Shown here one piece after another: positions 1 to 13,572 of a stretch of DNA of 64,000 bases. Position 1 is the stretch's first letter. Each line of letters opens with the position of its first letter. The stretch comes from Mobula hypostoma (taxonomy: Eukaryota): NCBI RefSeq assembly GCF_963921235.1, contig NC_086097.1, positions 34,970,001-35,034,000 of the forward strand, written 5' to 3'. The notes beneath the pieces are model-generated. The model was not told the DNA's origin. It ran no database searches and worked only from the letters and a program-made list of their open reading frames with translations. A program made the position numbers and the translations under genes.

Positions 1-403
1 CCACATGTGGTTATTTGAGTTACTGTCACTTTCCTGTCAGCATGAACCATCTAGCCACTCTCCTCTGACCTCTCTCATGAACAAGGCTTTTTTGCTGGTC
101 ACCAGATTTTTTTTTTTTTGCTTTTAGCACCATTCTCTGTGAATTCTAGGGACTGTTGTGTGTGAAAATCCCAGGAGATCAGCAGTTTCTGAAATAGTCA
201 AACCATTCCATCTGGCACCAGCATTGTCAAAATCACTTGGATCACATTTCTTCCCCATTCTGATGTTTGGTTTAAACAACAACTGTACCTCTTGGCTATG
301 TCTGTATGCTTTTATGAATTGAGTTCCTACCACATGATTGGCTGATAAGATATTTGCATTCACAAGCAGGTGTACAGGTGTACCTAATAAAGTGGCCAGA
401 GTG
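1..403 (-). mobile_element. Tc1/mariner non-autonomous element (MITE with transposase HTH remnant), truncated by window edge
   Basis: ORF 124-363(-) contains MGKKCDPSDFD..GAR..GLTISETADLLGFSHTTV.RIHREW, a Tc1 transposase N-terminal HTH; TIR tacctaataaagtggccagagtg followed by TA at 404-405; three more copies in the window. Confidence 0.85.
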
Positions 404-532
404 TATTTCAGTATGTCTGCTGCTTGTAAAAATCAAGCATGATTTATGTTTAATTTGTTTTTCTTGTGAATGCTTTGTGCCTGTGATGCTGTGATAAGTT
501 TATCACTGATCCTGTGCATGTACATGCGTATA

Positions 533-1120
533 TTAGATTAGATTAGATTAGATTATGAGGACACCCAGTCCTCGTTTATTGTCATTTAGAAATGCATGCA
601 TTAAGAAATGATACAATGTTCCTCCAGTATGATATCACAGAAACACAGGACAAACCAAAGACTAACACTAACAAGACCACATAATTATAACATATAGTTA
701 CAGCAGTGCAAAGCAATACCATAATTTGATAAAGAGCAGACCATGGGCACGGTAACGATCAACTCTCAATAGTCCCCCGATAGCAGACGGCAGGAGGGAG
801 AAACTGTCTCTGTCATAAACCTCCAGGCACCAACAACTGTTGATGCACTGGAAGCTCCAGCCCCCAGCCAACTCTGAGTCGGTCCGAAAACTTCGAGCTT
901 CCGACCAGCCCTTCGACACTGAGCACCGAGCACCACCTCTGCCGAGCGCTTCGACCCCGTCCCGGCCGCCGAGCAACAGGCAAAGCCAAGGATTCGGGGC
1001 CTCCCCTCCGGAGATTCAGGATCACACAGTAACAGCGGCAGTGAAAAAGGCATTTCAGATGTTTCTCCAGATGTTCCTCCATTCTCTCACGTCTGTCTCC
1101 ATCAAATCAGAATTGTGCAC
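533..1120 (-). mobile_element. Non-autonomous retroelement or LINE 3' end with (ATCTA)n tail and GC-rich body, inserted in an older LINE tail
   Basis: (ttaga)n at 533-555 next to tttatt (AATAAA on minus); CpG-rich body 770-1080; family not identified. Confidence 0.5.
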
Positions 1121-1441
1121 AATTAACTTGACAATAAACAATAAACTTGACTTTGATATTGACTTTTGAAAGGTTGCATTCTTATTTGTCTCACCTTTGA
1201 ATTCCTTGCATATCCTCCTTAACTTTTCAAGAAAAATAATATGCAGGAGAAAGTTCTTTAGAGCAGTGTGGAATTTCCAGGATAAAGTTTTAATTCATGT
1301 ACAATACCTTTTAAGTTATTTTTATATAAGAAGTGCTTCTTTGTGTTGAATTAATTGGTCTCATGGTGACAGTGAGGCGATTAAACTATTCTCGGTGCTG
1401 CTGGACAGAGAGTACTTATCCACTTTTTATCAATGACATAC

Positions 1442-4110
1442 CTTTTTTAAACAATATTTTTATTGAATTTTACATATATTTCACATATACAAATAAACAA
1501 TAATAATAATTAAACTAAATAGTGAAACATGTCCTCATGTTTTTCACAATCATTAAAGGAAAAGAAATATAACATTTCACATACTTCACATATTTAACAA
1601 AGAAATAAAATAAAAACACATCAGAAAAAAAAAACCGTAGAAGCACTCACCAACACCCAGCTATTTCAAAATGACTGTGCACCTTGACGTCCAAGAAACT
1701 CCAATAAGGGTTTCCACACATTTTCAAATTCTCCTGCCCTTCCTCTAGTTATGTAAGTCAGTCTCTCCAATACAATACAAGATGCCATCTCCTTCACCCA
1801 TACCTGTACTGAAGGTATATCCATTTTTCTCCAAGATAAAACTATCATCCTCCTGGCCTGCAGGAGTCCGAAGTCAATTAAAATTGACTGTTTTGAACTA
1901 ACAGTAAAGTTCTTTGGATATATATACCTATTACAAACATTTTTGCTTGGTGAGGCACCTTTACTCCAACAATCTCAGATATAGTCTGAACAACTGTTTT
2001 CCAGTATTTTTTTTAATTTTGGACAGTCCCATACACAGTGAAACAGAGTACCCTTTTCTGCTAAACATTTAACACAAGTGTCCGGGTTGTCAGGGGACCA
2101 ATGGTTCAGTTTGACCGGGGTAATATAAGTTCTCATTAACCATTTGTATTGCAATAGCTTCATTCTTGTATTAATTGATTGTTTTTGGGCTTTTAAGCAT
2201 GCCATTTCCCACTCAGTTTCTTGCATGTCCTCTTGAACATCCAGTATCCATCCCTCTAGCCTGTCAATGGTGGACTCCTTATCATATGACATCAAAGCTG
2301 TATAGAACAAAGAAATCTGACTCCTCCCCTTTAGGTTTAGAAGTATGAGATTTTCAAGATGTGATATTGGTGGTTCAGATATTAAATGCCTATATTTTGA
2401 TAGTATGAAATGTTTCAGTTGCAAATATTTAAAAAAGTGTTTTTTAGGAATATGGTATGTCTGACATAATTGATCAAATGTAATAAGATTACCATTCATA
2501 TAAAGGTCCTCTATTTTTTGCACACCTTTGTCTGCCCAGATTCTGAAACCACCATCTGCTCTTCCTGCCCTGAAGTATGTATTGCCCCATACTGGGGAGA
2601 AGTGAGAAATGGGAGGAGTATCTTTAATATGCTGATGTGCTTTATACCAGATGTCAATAGTATTTTTGAGGAAAGGGTTCTCAGTTGTTCTTTTCAGATT
2701 TCTTGGGTCTGCAGAGTATATATAGAGCTTTAATGGGAGGTTTGATACTGATGCCTGTTCAATATTCACCCAGGCTGGAAGGGCCTCCATTGAGAAATAA
2801 AACATTGCAGAACGTAACTGGGCAGACCAATAATACCATTTCAGGTTCGGAGGTCGTAGCCCTCCCCTTTCATAAGGCAGGTACAGCAGCCTAAGTCTCA
2901 GTCTAGATGTTTTATTATTCCAAATGAATTTACTAAAAACACTATTAAGCTTATCAAAAAATGATTTTGGTAGTGGGAGAGGAAGTGCTTGAAAAAGGTA
3001 TAGAAATTTTGGTAATATATTCATTTTGATCATATTTATACGACCAATCATTGATATGGGCATTGTTATCCATCGATCCAACGTCTCCTTCACTTTACCC
3101 ACTAGTGGATCATAGTTTGCTGGGACGATCGTTTAAACTTCAGGAGTAATTTTGACACCAAGGTAGGTAAATCCTTCCTTTGCATTTATAAATGGGGTTT
3201 TTACGACTGGTTTCAATATTTCTTCTTTGTTCAAAAATAGTACTGATGATTTTGAATTGTTAATGTTATAACCAAAGAACTGCCCAAACAATTCAATCTG
3301 TTGCATTATGTTTGGAATACTGATGGATAAATTTGTTAAAAAAAAGAATCACGTCGTCAGCATATAAGGATATTCTATGTTCCTGTTCTCCAAGCTGGAT
3401 GCCCGACAGGCCTGTTTGCGTTCTTATTGCCATAGCCAGGGGTTCTATGGCCAGTATAAACAGCATCGGTGACAAAGGACATCACTGGCGAGTAGATTGC
3501 TCCAAGATGACTGGATTAGAAAATATACTACAGGTATTTGTTAAGACACTGGCTATTGGATTTGTATATAAAATCTGAATCCATTTAAGGAAGTGCTTTC
3601 CAAATCCAAATCTAGGTAATACATTAAATGAATATGGCCCATTCTATTCTATCGAAGGCCTGCTGAGCATCCGGTGATAATACTGCTGTATCTTTAGCGT
3701 CAAACTTTTCACGAATTATGTTAAGAACTCTTCTGATATTATGGAATCCTTGGCATTTTTGTACAAAACCATTCTGATTATTATGAACTAGAGGTGGATA
3801 TAAGGATCTAATCTTCTTGCTAAGGCTTTACAAAGTATTTTTGTGTCCGATCCAATTAGACTTATCGGTCTAAATGAGGGACATTCTGTAGGTGGTTTGC
3901 CCGGTTTCAAGATCAGTGTTATCACTGCCAGCCTTAAAGAGGGTGGGAGAGTTCCATTCCGATAAGATACATCATACATATTTAAGAGTGGGACCAGTAA
4001 TTTTTCTTGTAATGTTTTGTAGAATTCAATTGGTAGGCCGTTAATATTTTGGATAGCCTGTGTTATCTCTTCAATTGTTATGCCTCTATCTAACTCCTTT
4101 TTTTGCATCT
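1442..4110 (-). mobile_element. 5'-truncated, frameshifted L1-clade LINE (ORF2 RT and C-terminal remnant)
   Basis: Minus ORFs give FRPISL..SDTKILCKALARRL (3788-4108), [13 protein letters not shown]...ISLYADDV (3293-3475), GRINMIKMNILPKFLYLFQ...GGL..PNL..YYW and C..C...GTLFHCVWDC (1975-3102); AATAAA on minus at 1459-1464 next to a T-run. Confidence 0.93.
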
Positions 4111-4283
4111 TTGGCTTCCAGTAGCCTTAGACTTATTTCTGCATTATAGAATAAAGGATGTGTAGTTAATTCACATGACTAGCTGTCAAACATGAAGCAG
4201 AGAGTTGCAGTAGAAGGTTATTGAGAATGACTGTACTCTGGAATAGGGGCCCCACAAGAATTAGAACTGAGGTCTCTTTTGGT

Positions 4284-5193
4284 TGTTACATGCTCAAGGA
4301 GATCTGTTTTTTTTTGTGAGAATGATGTAATGGTCTTTTGGAGGTCACCTGATGTGATTTTCCCGCCGATGAGGTCACGTGATGACATGTGCCCCGTGAC
4401 TATATAAAGGTCAATCCAGGTGACACAGGTTTTTTTTTTAGTTTGTAGATTTCCAGGTAGAATGTGCTGTATCTCCGTTTCTGTTGCGTGTTTGTTTTTT
4501 TGGTGACACAGTTTCATTTTTAAAATGGAGTGTGCGTTCTGTTGCAAAATACCATATTATTTAGACTGGAAATTTTTGCTAGATGTGTTGATTTACTCAA
4601 TTCCAACATTAGAAGGGAGAGTGAAGAATTTATCGAAGTTACAGGATCGAAGGATCAAGAGGAGTCGGCATCATTTGGCAGTTTAATAAAGGATCGACCT
4701 TATTGTATCTTCGTTGGAGGAGTAGCTACCTGCATCGAGATAACTCTTGCCAAAAAGAGCAGGGAGTTCATGCAAAAAGGTGATCTCTCCCTCTCTCTCT
4801 CTCTCTCTAAAGGAATTTAAGGTCAGTTGATTTAAACTGGTTATTTTTGGCATCGTGAATCCTGTGGACAGAACCAGCAGTAAAGTTGCGTCTGTGAAGA
4901 AATCCTTCTCCAGAGAAGTCTCTCCCAATTGAACGTGTAGATCGGTTGGACCTTCGAAGTTATCGCTTTAAGAACTATATTTGACTTTATCGCTTTAAGA
5001 ACTGTTTTTGCATTTAACGCTTTAAGAACCAGACCCAAGTGGCGAGTTGGTGAACAGCTGCATATCTGTTAACTTCTGGTTAAAGTTTTCGTTTGTTTTT
5101 TTTTTCCTTATCGTTTATCTGTGTTTAATAAATGTTTGGTTGTTTTTATATAACCTGCCTCGATTGATATTCATTGTTGCTGGTTACGTAACA
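4284..5193 (+). mobile_element. Solo LTR (910 bp)
   Basis: Starts TGTTAC, ends GTAACA (6-bp inverted termini); 4-bp TSD tggt at 4280-4283 and 5194-5197; TATATAAA at 4401; AATAAA at 5127-5132. Confidence 0.85.
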
Positions 5194-6254
5194 TGGTCAT
5201 GATGTTTTAAATGACATTGGCCTTGGAATCAAAAATACAACTTCTAAGGATGTGAATCATATTTTGTTTGGAATAACCAATTACCAAGTTAGGCAAACAA
5301 TTTGGGAATTTTATTGCTTTACCGAAGTAGGAATATTCTGTCGGGAGAAAAGAGAACAAATATGGTAATTGGGAATTTTCCAAGCGGCAGTGGAATAGAA
5401 AAGACAGTTAAAGCAAGGTTGACATGAACTGGACCCACATAGCCCCAAACACAAGAGATGGATATTGCGACGAACTTAGCAGGCTGGCTTCAGCTGAAAT
5501 CCTTCAGATGAAAGAAATTCACTAAGCACCCTCCCCCGACGTGATTTCTGTAGAATCGGTTTCTTTAAGAGTTTTAACTTGTGTCGCTATTTATGAGTAA
5601 TGGAACTATTTACCGAGATGAAGCACTAGCTCTTAAGATGTCACAGTGAAAAATTGCCCTGCATCCGAGTTCAACTTGGTTTTCATGTAACCGACTAGAC
5701 TACAAAGGAAAGCGGTGAGTTCTAACAAAAGTTGTTACATAATTATGCTCTACTGTGCAAATGTTTGCAATGACTCAAAAATCCTGAAACACCTCAATCA
5801 TGGTTTGCCATAACCTAACGTCAATTTTCCATGTCACCTAGGTAATTGGAAAATATCACTTCATAAACAAAGTTGACGCATCGCAAAAATATGTTCCACA
5901 GCTCTGACCGCAAAGCATACATTAACACAATTCAGTGAATTTTCTCCACATATTTATGCAGCCTAATTATCAAGTTCTATCAGTAACTACACAGTTTTAA
6001 GGAGAGGGGATTATGGGGTTATCTCAAAGCTGAGCATAACTGTCATGAAGGCATCTGCTTTTATCAGTTTTCCATTAGCTAAAAGCAGTTTGGATAGCTG
6101 AGCGTGTTATTATTGTCAAGTGGGCACCCATCAGTCTGTCTACAGCCCTCATCATTGCATATACAAACAGGGTAAATCCATAATGATCTTCAGTTTAAAG
6201 AAATGGCGATGCATCTCCCTAATGTCTTGTTATATCCAGAGCATGGTTAGTTCA

Positions 6255-6890
6255 TCAGATCATAGGTCAAGAGACAAAGGAGCAGAACTAAACCATTCAG
6301 TCCATCAAGTCTGCTCTGCTATTCTAACAAGTCACCGATTTACTGTCCCTCTCAACCCCATTCACCTGTCTTCTCCCCACAACCTTTGACATCCAAACTG
6401 ATCAAGAACCTATCAACCTCTGCTTTAAATATATCCAACGATTAGGCTTCCACAGACACTTGTAGCAATGAATTCCACGTATTCAACATCCACTGGCTAA
6501 AGAAATTCCATTTAAAGAAATTGGAAATCTCTGTTCTAAAGGGACTTCCTTGTATTCTGAGGCTGTGCCCTCTGATCCTAAACTTCCTCATTATAGGAAA
6601 CATCCTCTCCATGTCCACTGTTTCTAGGCCTTTCAATGAGATCCCCACCACCTCATTCTTCTAAATTTCAGTGAGTACAGGCCCAAAGCTACCAAATGCT
6701 CCTCATATGTTAACCCTTTCATTCATGGGCTCATTCTCATGAAACTCCTCTGGAACCTTACCAATGTCAGCATATCCTTTCTTAGATAAAGAGCCCAAAG
6801 CAGCACACAGTACTCCAAGTGCATCCTGACCAGTGCTTTATAAAGCCTCAGCATTACATCCTTGCTTTCATATTCTAGTCCTCTAGATTT
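6255..6890 (-). mobile_element. CR1 LINE 3' fragment
   Basis: ORFs with SRGLEYESKDVMLRLYKALVRMHLEYCV and RGHSLRI.G.PFRTE..NFF; CR1-type 3' UTR. Confidence 0.85.
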
Positions 6891-7274
6891 CCACATTAGA
6901 TCTGTGGTTCTCAATGTAACTCCACATCACATGTTTGCTGAGTGATCTCTGATACATAGTGCATCACCATGTGGTATAAATAGTATACTTATAACTAACG
7001 GATAGTTCTTTAGTTATTCAACCATACATTAATGTTATAAAAGTAATAGTTAATATCATTCCAAATAGAACATTGTATTTTTGATAAAGGTCAGCCCAAC
7101 TAAAGCTTCAAATTACTGTTCATTTGTAGCTGTGCATTTGCCACTTCTCAACCTGGATACTAGATATAATGTGACATTGTTAGATACAAATAGATCTTAG
7201 TGAGTGTGGAAGAGGGTGTTGGTGGGGAAGGATGGGAAAGTCCTGCAAGGGTGGTTTGGCAGGGGCAGATTCAG

Positions 7275-7700
7275 TAATAGACAATAGGTGCAGGAGTAGG
7301 CCATTCAGCCCTTCGAGCCAGCACCACTATTCACTCTGATCATGGCTGATCATCCACAATCAGTACCCTTTTCCTGCCTTCTTCCCATATCCCTTCACTC
7401 CACTATCTTTAAGAGCTCTATCTAACTCTTTCTTGAAAGAATCCAGAGAACTGGCCTCCACTGCCTTCTGAGGCAGAGCATTCCACAGAACCACAACCCT
7501 CTGTGTGAGAAAGTTTTTCCTCAACTCCGTTCTAAATTGTCTACCCCTTATTCTTAAAACTGTGGCCTCTGGTTCTGGACTCCCCCAACATCGGGAGCGT
7601 GTTTCCTGCCTCTAGCGTGTCCAATCTTATATGTTTCAATCAGATCCCCTCTCATCCTTCTAAATTCCAGTGTATACAACCCCAGTCGCTCCAATCCAGT
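7275..7700 (-). mobile_element. CR1 LINE 3' fragment
   Basis: aataggtgcaggagtaggccattcagcccttcgagcc terminus, closely similar to the copy at 34510. Confidence 0.8.
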
Positions 7701-8579
7701 AGAAGCAAGGTCAAGCTCACAACCTTTTCTCCCTGCCTTCCCAGCTGAGAAAGACCCTTTTCATCATCACCACTGGTAGCTTACCTGTTTTTTTATAATG
7801 CAAGGCCTGCAGTGATTATGAAAGAATAAGAAGATAAATTGGAATGGGGATGGAATCAGTAAGATTGGTGTCAACCATCATTAGTCTATTTATCAAACTG
7901 TGAAGTTTGAATTGAGTTAGATCTAACAATGTCAGACAAGTTTAAGTTCAAGATTTTGAACATTTCTACTGTGGATCCAGCTAGAGGAGCTCACTAGGAC
8001 CGGCAGTGTTAAAATAATCCATGTCAAAAAGGAGTTACTGAAGCAGGAAATGCAGAATTCAAAATTCATTCATAGTTTGACCAATGCTTTAAACTTTGGA
8101 GCAGACTTGAATGAGTGGTTGGTAAAGACTGACGGGTGCTGTAAACTAGGGGCCAAACAGCTTTCTTGGTGTTCAGTACAATTGGACTGAAATAACCTTG
8201 TAATAATGCAGTAGAATCAATTAAAAAAACACACACACAGGATGGGGATCCGAAATAAAGTCATAAAATGCTATAACTATTCAGAAAGTCAGAATAACAG
8301 AATCAATATTTTAGGTAAAAGTCTCTTGAGTGGATTAAATCCCCCCCCCACCCCAGCAATCTTACACCCCAATTGAACGTAGTGAAAATGCTCTTCATTG
8401 ACCACTGCTAAACATTACTACTGTCCCCTCAGAACTAAACAGTAAGCTTCAATACCTAGGCCTCAATATCTCCTTGTGCAAATGGATCCTTGATTTCTTC
8501 ACTTGCAGACACCAGTCAGTTTGGATTGGTAACAACATCTCAACAATCAGCATCAGTACAGGAGAAACACAAGGCTTTA

Positions 8580-10460
8580 GATCCTTTTAAATCTCTCATC
8601 TCTGATCTTGAACCACTGCCCTCTTGCATTTAGCAAGCTCTCCTTGGGAAAAAGACAATGTGCTTTCACCCTATCCACAGGGTCTTCATGATCTTACACA
8701 CCTCTATCAGGTCACCCCTCAATCTCCTAGCTTCCAGGGAATAAAGTTCTAGTTCAGGCAACTTCTCTTTGTAACTTGGACCCCACCATCTAAGCAACAT
8801 CCTGTTAAATATTTTCTGCAATCTTTCTAGTTTAATAACATCTTTCCTACACTAGGGTGACCAAAACTGTACACAATACTCAAAATGCAGCCTCATCAAT
8901 GTCTTCTATATCTGCAACACAACTTACTAACTGCTATACTCAATGCCTTCTTCACCACCCTGTCTACTTGCTACTTTGAGTGAGCTTTGCGCTTGCACTC
9001 CTTTGTCCCTCCGTTCTATAACACATCCCAGAACCTTCCATCCATTGTATGAGTCTGATTTTCCAAAATGCAATACCTCACATTTATTTAGTCTGGGAAA
9101 CAACCCTCAGGCAACACCCTCTGCATCTCCTGCTGAGCTAACAATCCACTATCTCCCACTGGATCCATATAATCTAACATTCCAGACTAGCCTGGCAAGA
9201 GGGAACATGTCAAAGACCTTGCTAAAGACCATGTAGACAACATCACTGCCCTCCCCTCATCCATCCATTTTGTTATCTCCTTGAGGAACTCCAAGAGGTT
9301 TATCAGACATGACTTATCAGTCATAGAACAGTACAGCACAGAAACAGGCCCTTAAGCCTATGTAGTCCATGCCAAGCTATTAATTTGTCTAATCCATTGA
9401 CGTGCACTGGGACCATAGCCGTCCATACCACTCTCATCCATGTACCTATCCAAATTTCTCTTACATGTTGAAATTGAACCTCAGTACACCACTTCTGCTG
9501 ATGGCTTGTTCCACACTCTCACCACCCTCTGAGCGAAGAAGTTCCCCCTCACACTCCCCGTAAAAATGTCACCTATCATCCTTAACTCATGACCTTTAGT
9601 TCTAGTTTCACCCAACCTATGTGGAAAAAGCCTGCTTGCATTTACCCTATTTATACCCGTCATAATTTTGTATACCTCAATCAAATTTATTCAACCTTTC
9701 CTTATAACTCAGGTCCTCAAATCCTGGCAAAATCCTTGTAAATTTTCTATGTATTCTTTCAATCTTTTTGATATCTTCCCCATAGGTAGGTGAGCACAAC
9801 TGCACACATTACTCTAAATTAGGCCTCACCAATGTCTTAAACAACTTCAACATAACATGCCAAATCCTGTACTCAGTACTTTGATTTATGAAGGCCAACA
9901 TGCCAAAGGCTCTCTTTACGATCCTATCTGCTTGTGATGCCCTTTTCAAGCGTTTATGAATCTGTGTTCCCAGACCTCTTTGTTCTTCCACAATCCCCGG
10001 TGTCCTACTGCTCACCGTGCAAGTCCCACTCTGCTTTGTCCTCCCAAAGTGTAACCCCTCACACTCATATGCATTAAATTCTCTCTGCCATTTTTCCAGT
10101 TGGTCCAGATTCCTCTTCAAGCTTTGTTATCCTTCCTTATTGTCTACTAAGCCTCAAATCTTTGTGTCATCTGCAAATGTATCCCCCATACACAAAGCTG
10201 TGCAGATTATCAGATTCCGTCTCTCCAAATATTGGTAGATCCTGTACTTCGGAATTCACTCCAATAATGAACCCACCAGCGATGATGGACTCCCGATCTG
10301 TAGTTCCCCAGTTTGTTTTTGCTACCCTTTTTAAACAATAGTACCACATTAGCCACTCTCCATTCTTCCAGAGCATCACGTGTGGCTAGAGATGAGGCAA
10401 ACGCCTCTGGAAGGGTTTCTCCAATTTCTTCTCTAGCTTCCCACAAGGTCCAAGAATGCA
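8580..10460 (-). mobile_element. Nested CR1 LINE fragments
   Basis: ORFs EEWRVANVVLLFKKGSK..GNYR, LDQLEKWQREFNA..C..LHFG, LFKTLVRPNLE, IEVYKIMTGI.RV...NFFAQRVVRVWN. Confidence 0.85.
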
Positions 10461-10504
10461 TCAGGTAGTCATTGATTAACTAATCAATTGGTTTTTATTC
10501 AATC

Positions 10505-11175
10505 ACAAATAAGAGAAAGTCTGCAGATGCTGGAAATTCGAGCTTCACACGCAAAATGCTGGAGGAACTCAGCAGGCCAGGCAGCACCTATGGAAAAGAG
10601 TAAACATTCGACATTTTGAGCCGAAACCCTTTAGCAGTCCTGTACTCTCAAATTAGCTGTGATAAAACTTGCAGAATATGTTCGGAAACTAGTGTAAGAA
10701 GTTGTAAAAAAAAAGTTGGTAAAATTACATGAGTAACACATACAAAATGCTGGAGGAACTCAGCAGGTCAGGCAGCATCAATGCAAAGGGATAAACAGTC
10801 GATGTTTCTGGCTGAAACCCTTCATTAGGACTGGAAAGCAAGGGTGAAGAAGGCAGAATAAGATGACTGGAGAGGGGCTGGAGTACAAGCAAGAAGGTGG
10901 TAGGTGAAAGGGGTTAGATGGGTGGGGGGGAGATGAACTGATAAGCTGGGAGGTGATAGGTGGAAAAGGTGAAGGGCTGGAGAAGAAGGAATCTGATAGG
11001 AGAGGAGAGTGGACCATGGGAGAAAGGGAAGGAGAAGCAGCATCAGGGGGAGCTGATAGGCAGGTGAGTACAAGAGAAGACATAAGAGGGAAGCCAGAGT
11101 AACGAGGGAAGGGGGCAGGGGAGGGGAAAATTACCGGATGTTAGAGAAATTGATATTCGTGCCATCAGGCTGGAG
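10505..11175 (-). mobile_element. Old Penelope-like pseudo-LTR fragments (two tandem pieces) with degenerate hammerhead motifs
   Basis: ctgcagatgctgga...aaaatgctggaggaactcagcaggccaggcagca tail; similarity to the pLTR at 31229-31684. Confidence 0.75.
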
Positions 11176-11504
11176 GAGTAAATGTTATATAAAGAGAAAC
11201 AATATTTAAAAGCTCTTCATTCCCATTGCAGCATTTAATATTAGTGCTTTTAGTACTGGACTTGAAATACCAGCCGTTAAAGATGACATAATACTTCAAC
11301 ATTAAAGCACAGTGAAATAAGCTACAGGTTGGCAAGGTTGTCCGAAATCTTGTTCATTATAAATTGCATCTTCATATTTCACAGAAGTGCTGCCTTCAAT
11401 AGATGTTTTGCTCTTTTTAGCTACTGAATACCTTAAAGCTTTCATTAACACATTGTGTACAGCTGACAAAACAACAGCATTGATGATACTGCTCTTTGCA
11501 GGTT

Positions 11505-11932
11505 ATTAACACCCGAGTTATAGGGAAAGGTTGAGTAGGTCAGGATTTTATTCCCTGGAGCGGAGGAGAATGAGGGGAGATCTGATAGAGGTTTACAAAA
11601 TTATGAGGAGTAGAGATAGGGTAACGCAAGTAGCATTTTTCCACTGAGCTTGAGAGCTAGAGGTCATGGGTTAAGGATGGAAGGCGAAATGTTTAAAGGG
11701 AACATGAGGGGAAACTTCTTCGCTCAGAGGGTGGAATGAGTTGCCAGCGCAAGTGGTCGGTGCAGATTTGATTTGAACACTTGGTGATGTACATGGATGG
11801 GGGGGGTGGGGGTTGCGGTATGGAGGGCTGTAGCCCAGGTGCAGGTCAATGGGATCAGGCAGAATAATCGCTCTGCATGGACTAGATGGGCCAAAGGGCC
11901 TGTTCCTGTGTTGTAGTACTCTATGACTCTGA
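11505..11932 (+). mobile_element. CR1 LINE 3' fragment
   Basis: gatctgatagaggtttacaaaattatgagg...gggccaaagggcctgttcctgtgttgtagtactctatgactct terminus. Confidence 0.8.
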
Positions 11933-12359
11933 CTTAAAATCCTCTCAAAAGACAGATTGAGTAATATTGAAAGTTATAGATTTCTGAAATAGGTGTTTAA
12001 TCTTACATCTGTGACTAGATTTTTACTGTACTCAGCTGAACGGTAGGGTTTAGTTTGGTGCAGCTAGCTATACATCACAGTAGCTTGATCAATGCTCTGC
12101 TTTATAATAGTGAAAGAACATGACTTATGCTCGGGTTTACAGCACTAAGTAATTTCCAGCTTAAATTGGGATGTCAGCAAAAATGCACAGCAGAGAATCG
12201 ACACTTTCATAAAAGGTGAAGAAGGTAATCAGAATCGGAACTCCACACAAGAAATGACCTCAGCATTTTAAGGGAGAAGAATGGGAAGCATTGTGAATGA
12301 ACCCACTGTCTGATAGGGATAATGCCTCACTGGAAGATGAATGGAGATTGAATTTATGA

Positions 12360-13300
12360 ACCCAAGAAATTCTGCAGATGCTGGAAATACAGAGCAACCC
12401 ATACAAAATGGTGGAGGAACTCAGCGGGTCAGGCAACGTCTATGGGAATGAATAAACAGTCAATGTTTCAGTATAAGACCCTTCATCAGAACTGGAAAGC
12501 AAGGGTGAACAACTCACCCTTGGAAGGAGTTGAAGGAGTACAAACTAGAAGGTGATAGGTGGAAAATGTAAAGGGCTGGAGAAGAAGGAATCTGAACGGA
12601 AAGGAGAGTGGCCCATGGGAGAAAGGGAAGGAGGAGGACACCGGGGGAGATGATAGCCAGAGGAGGAGAAGAGAAGAGATAAGGGGAAGGGAGCCGAGTG
12701 GGCAATTGAAGAAGAGAAACGGGGATGGAAACGTCACTGGAAATTGGAAAATAGGTGTTCATGCAATCAGGTTGGAGGCCACCCAAATGGAATATGAAGT
12801 GTTGCTCCTGCAACCAGAGAGCAGCTTCTTCATGGCAGTAGAGGAGGCCATGGACTGACATGTTGGCAATGGAAAGGGGATAGAAATTAAAATGGTTGGC
12901 CACTGGGAATTCCTGCATTTTGTGGATGGAAGGAAGGTGCTCGCCAAAGCGGTCCCCTAATCTACATCGTGTCTCACCAGTGTAGAGGCTGTATTGGGAG
13001 CACCGGATACAGTAAATGACTGCAGTAGATTTGCAGGTGGTGTTGCCTCACCTGGAAGGACTGTAGGAGCAGCGCGTTCAACGTGCTGGAAGAGCTCAGC
13101 AGGCCAGGCAGCGTCTAGGAAAAAAGTACAGTTGACGTTTCGGGCCAAGACCCTTCGGCAGGACTGGAGGAAAAAGCTGAGGAGGAGATTTTAAAAGTGG
13201 GAAGGGGGAGGGGAGAGAGAAACACAAGGTGATAGGTGAAACCTGAAGAGAGAAGGATGATGTAAAGTGCTGGGAAGTTGATCGGTGAAAAGAGACAGAA
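12360..13300 (-). mobile_element. Degraded Penelope-like element (GIY-YIG remnant plus two pLTR pieces)
   Basis: ORF 12514-12918(-) PVANHFN...MSVHGLLYCHEEA.L.LQEQHFIFHLGGLQPDCMN matches the GIY-YIG C-terminus of the 30-31 kb copy. Confidence 0.85.
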
Positions 13301-13456
13301 GGCCTTGATCTCAAACCTGGCCAGATTCAAACTCAAGACCATCTGCTTCAAAATCCAGTGCTGATGTCACTATACCACCAACTGACCCAAGCAACATTGT
13401 ACAAGGAGTTGTTATTTATTGAGGATCATAGGAGGTGTCAAAAAGAACATTGATTT

Positions 13457-13469
13457 GTCTCTCTGTCTC

Positions 13470-13521
<52 letters not shown>

Positions 13522-13572
13522 CAACCCCCCCCCCACCCCCTCTCCCCCTCTCCCCCTCTCCCTCTCTCCCTC
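13457..13572. repeat. (CT)n microsatellite and C-rich low-complexity tract
   Basis: Direct reading. Confidence 0.95.

Noticed and set aside
4961..5030. Short spaced direct repeats resembling a CRISPR array
   Set aside because: Only three ~12-16 bp units inside a eukaryotic LTR; no cas genes
10600..10835. Additional hammerhead copies here and at ~12470, 13130, 18700, 23680, 52820 and 53370
   Set aside because: Core nucleotides (CUGANGA or GAAA) or stems are mutated, so they are not called as functional ribozymes
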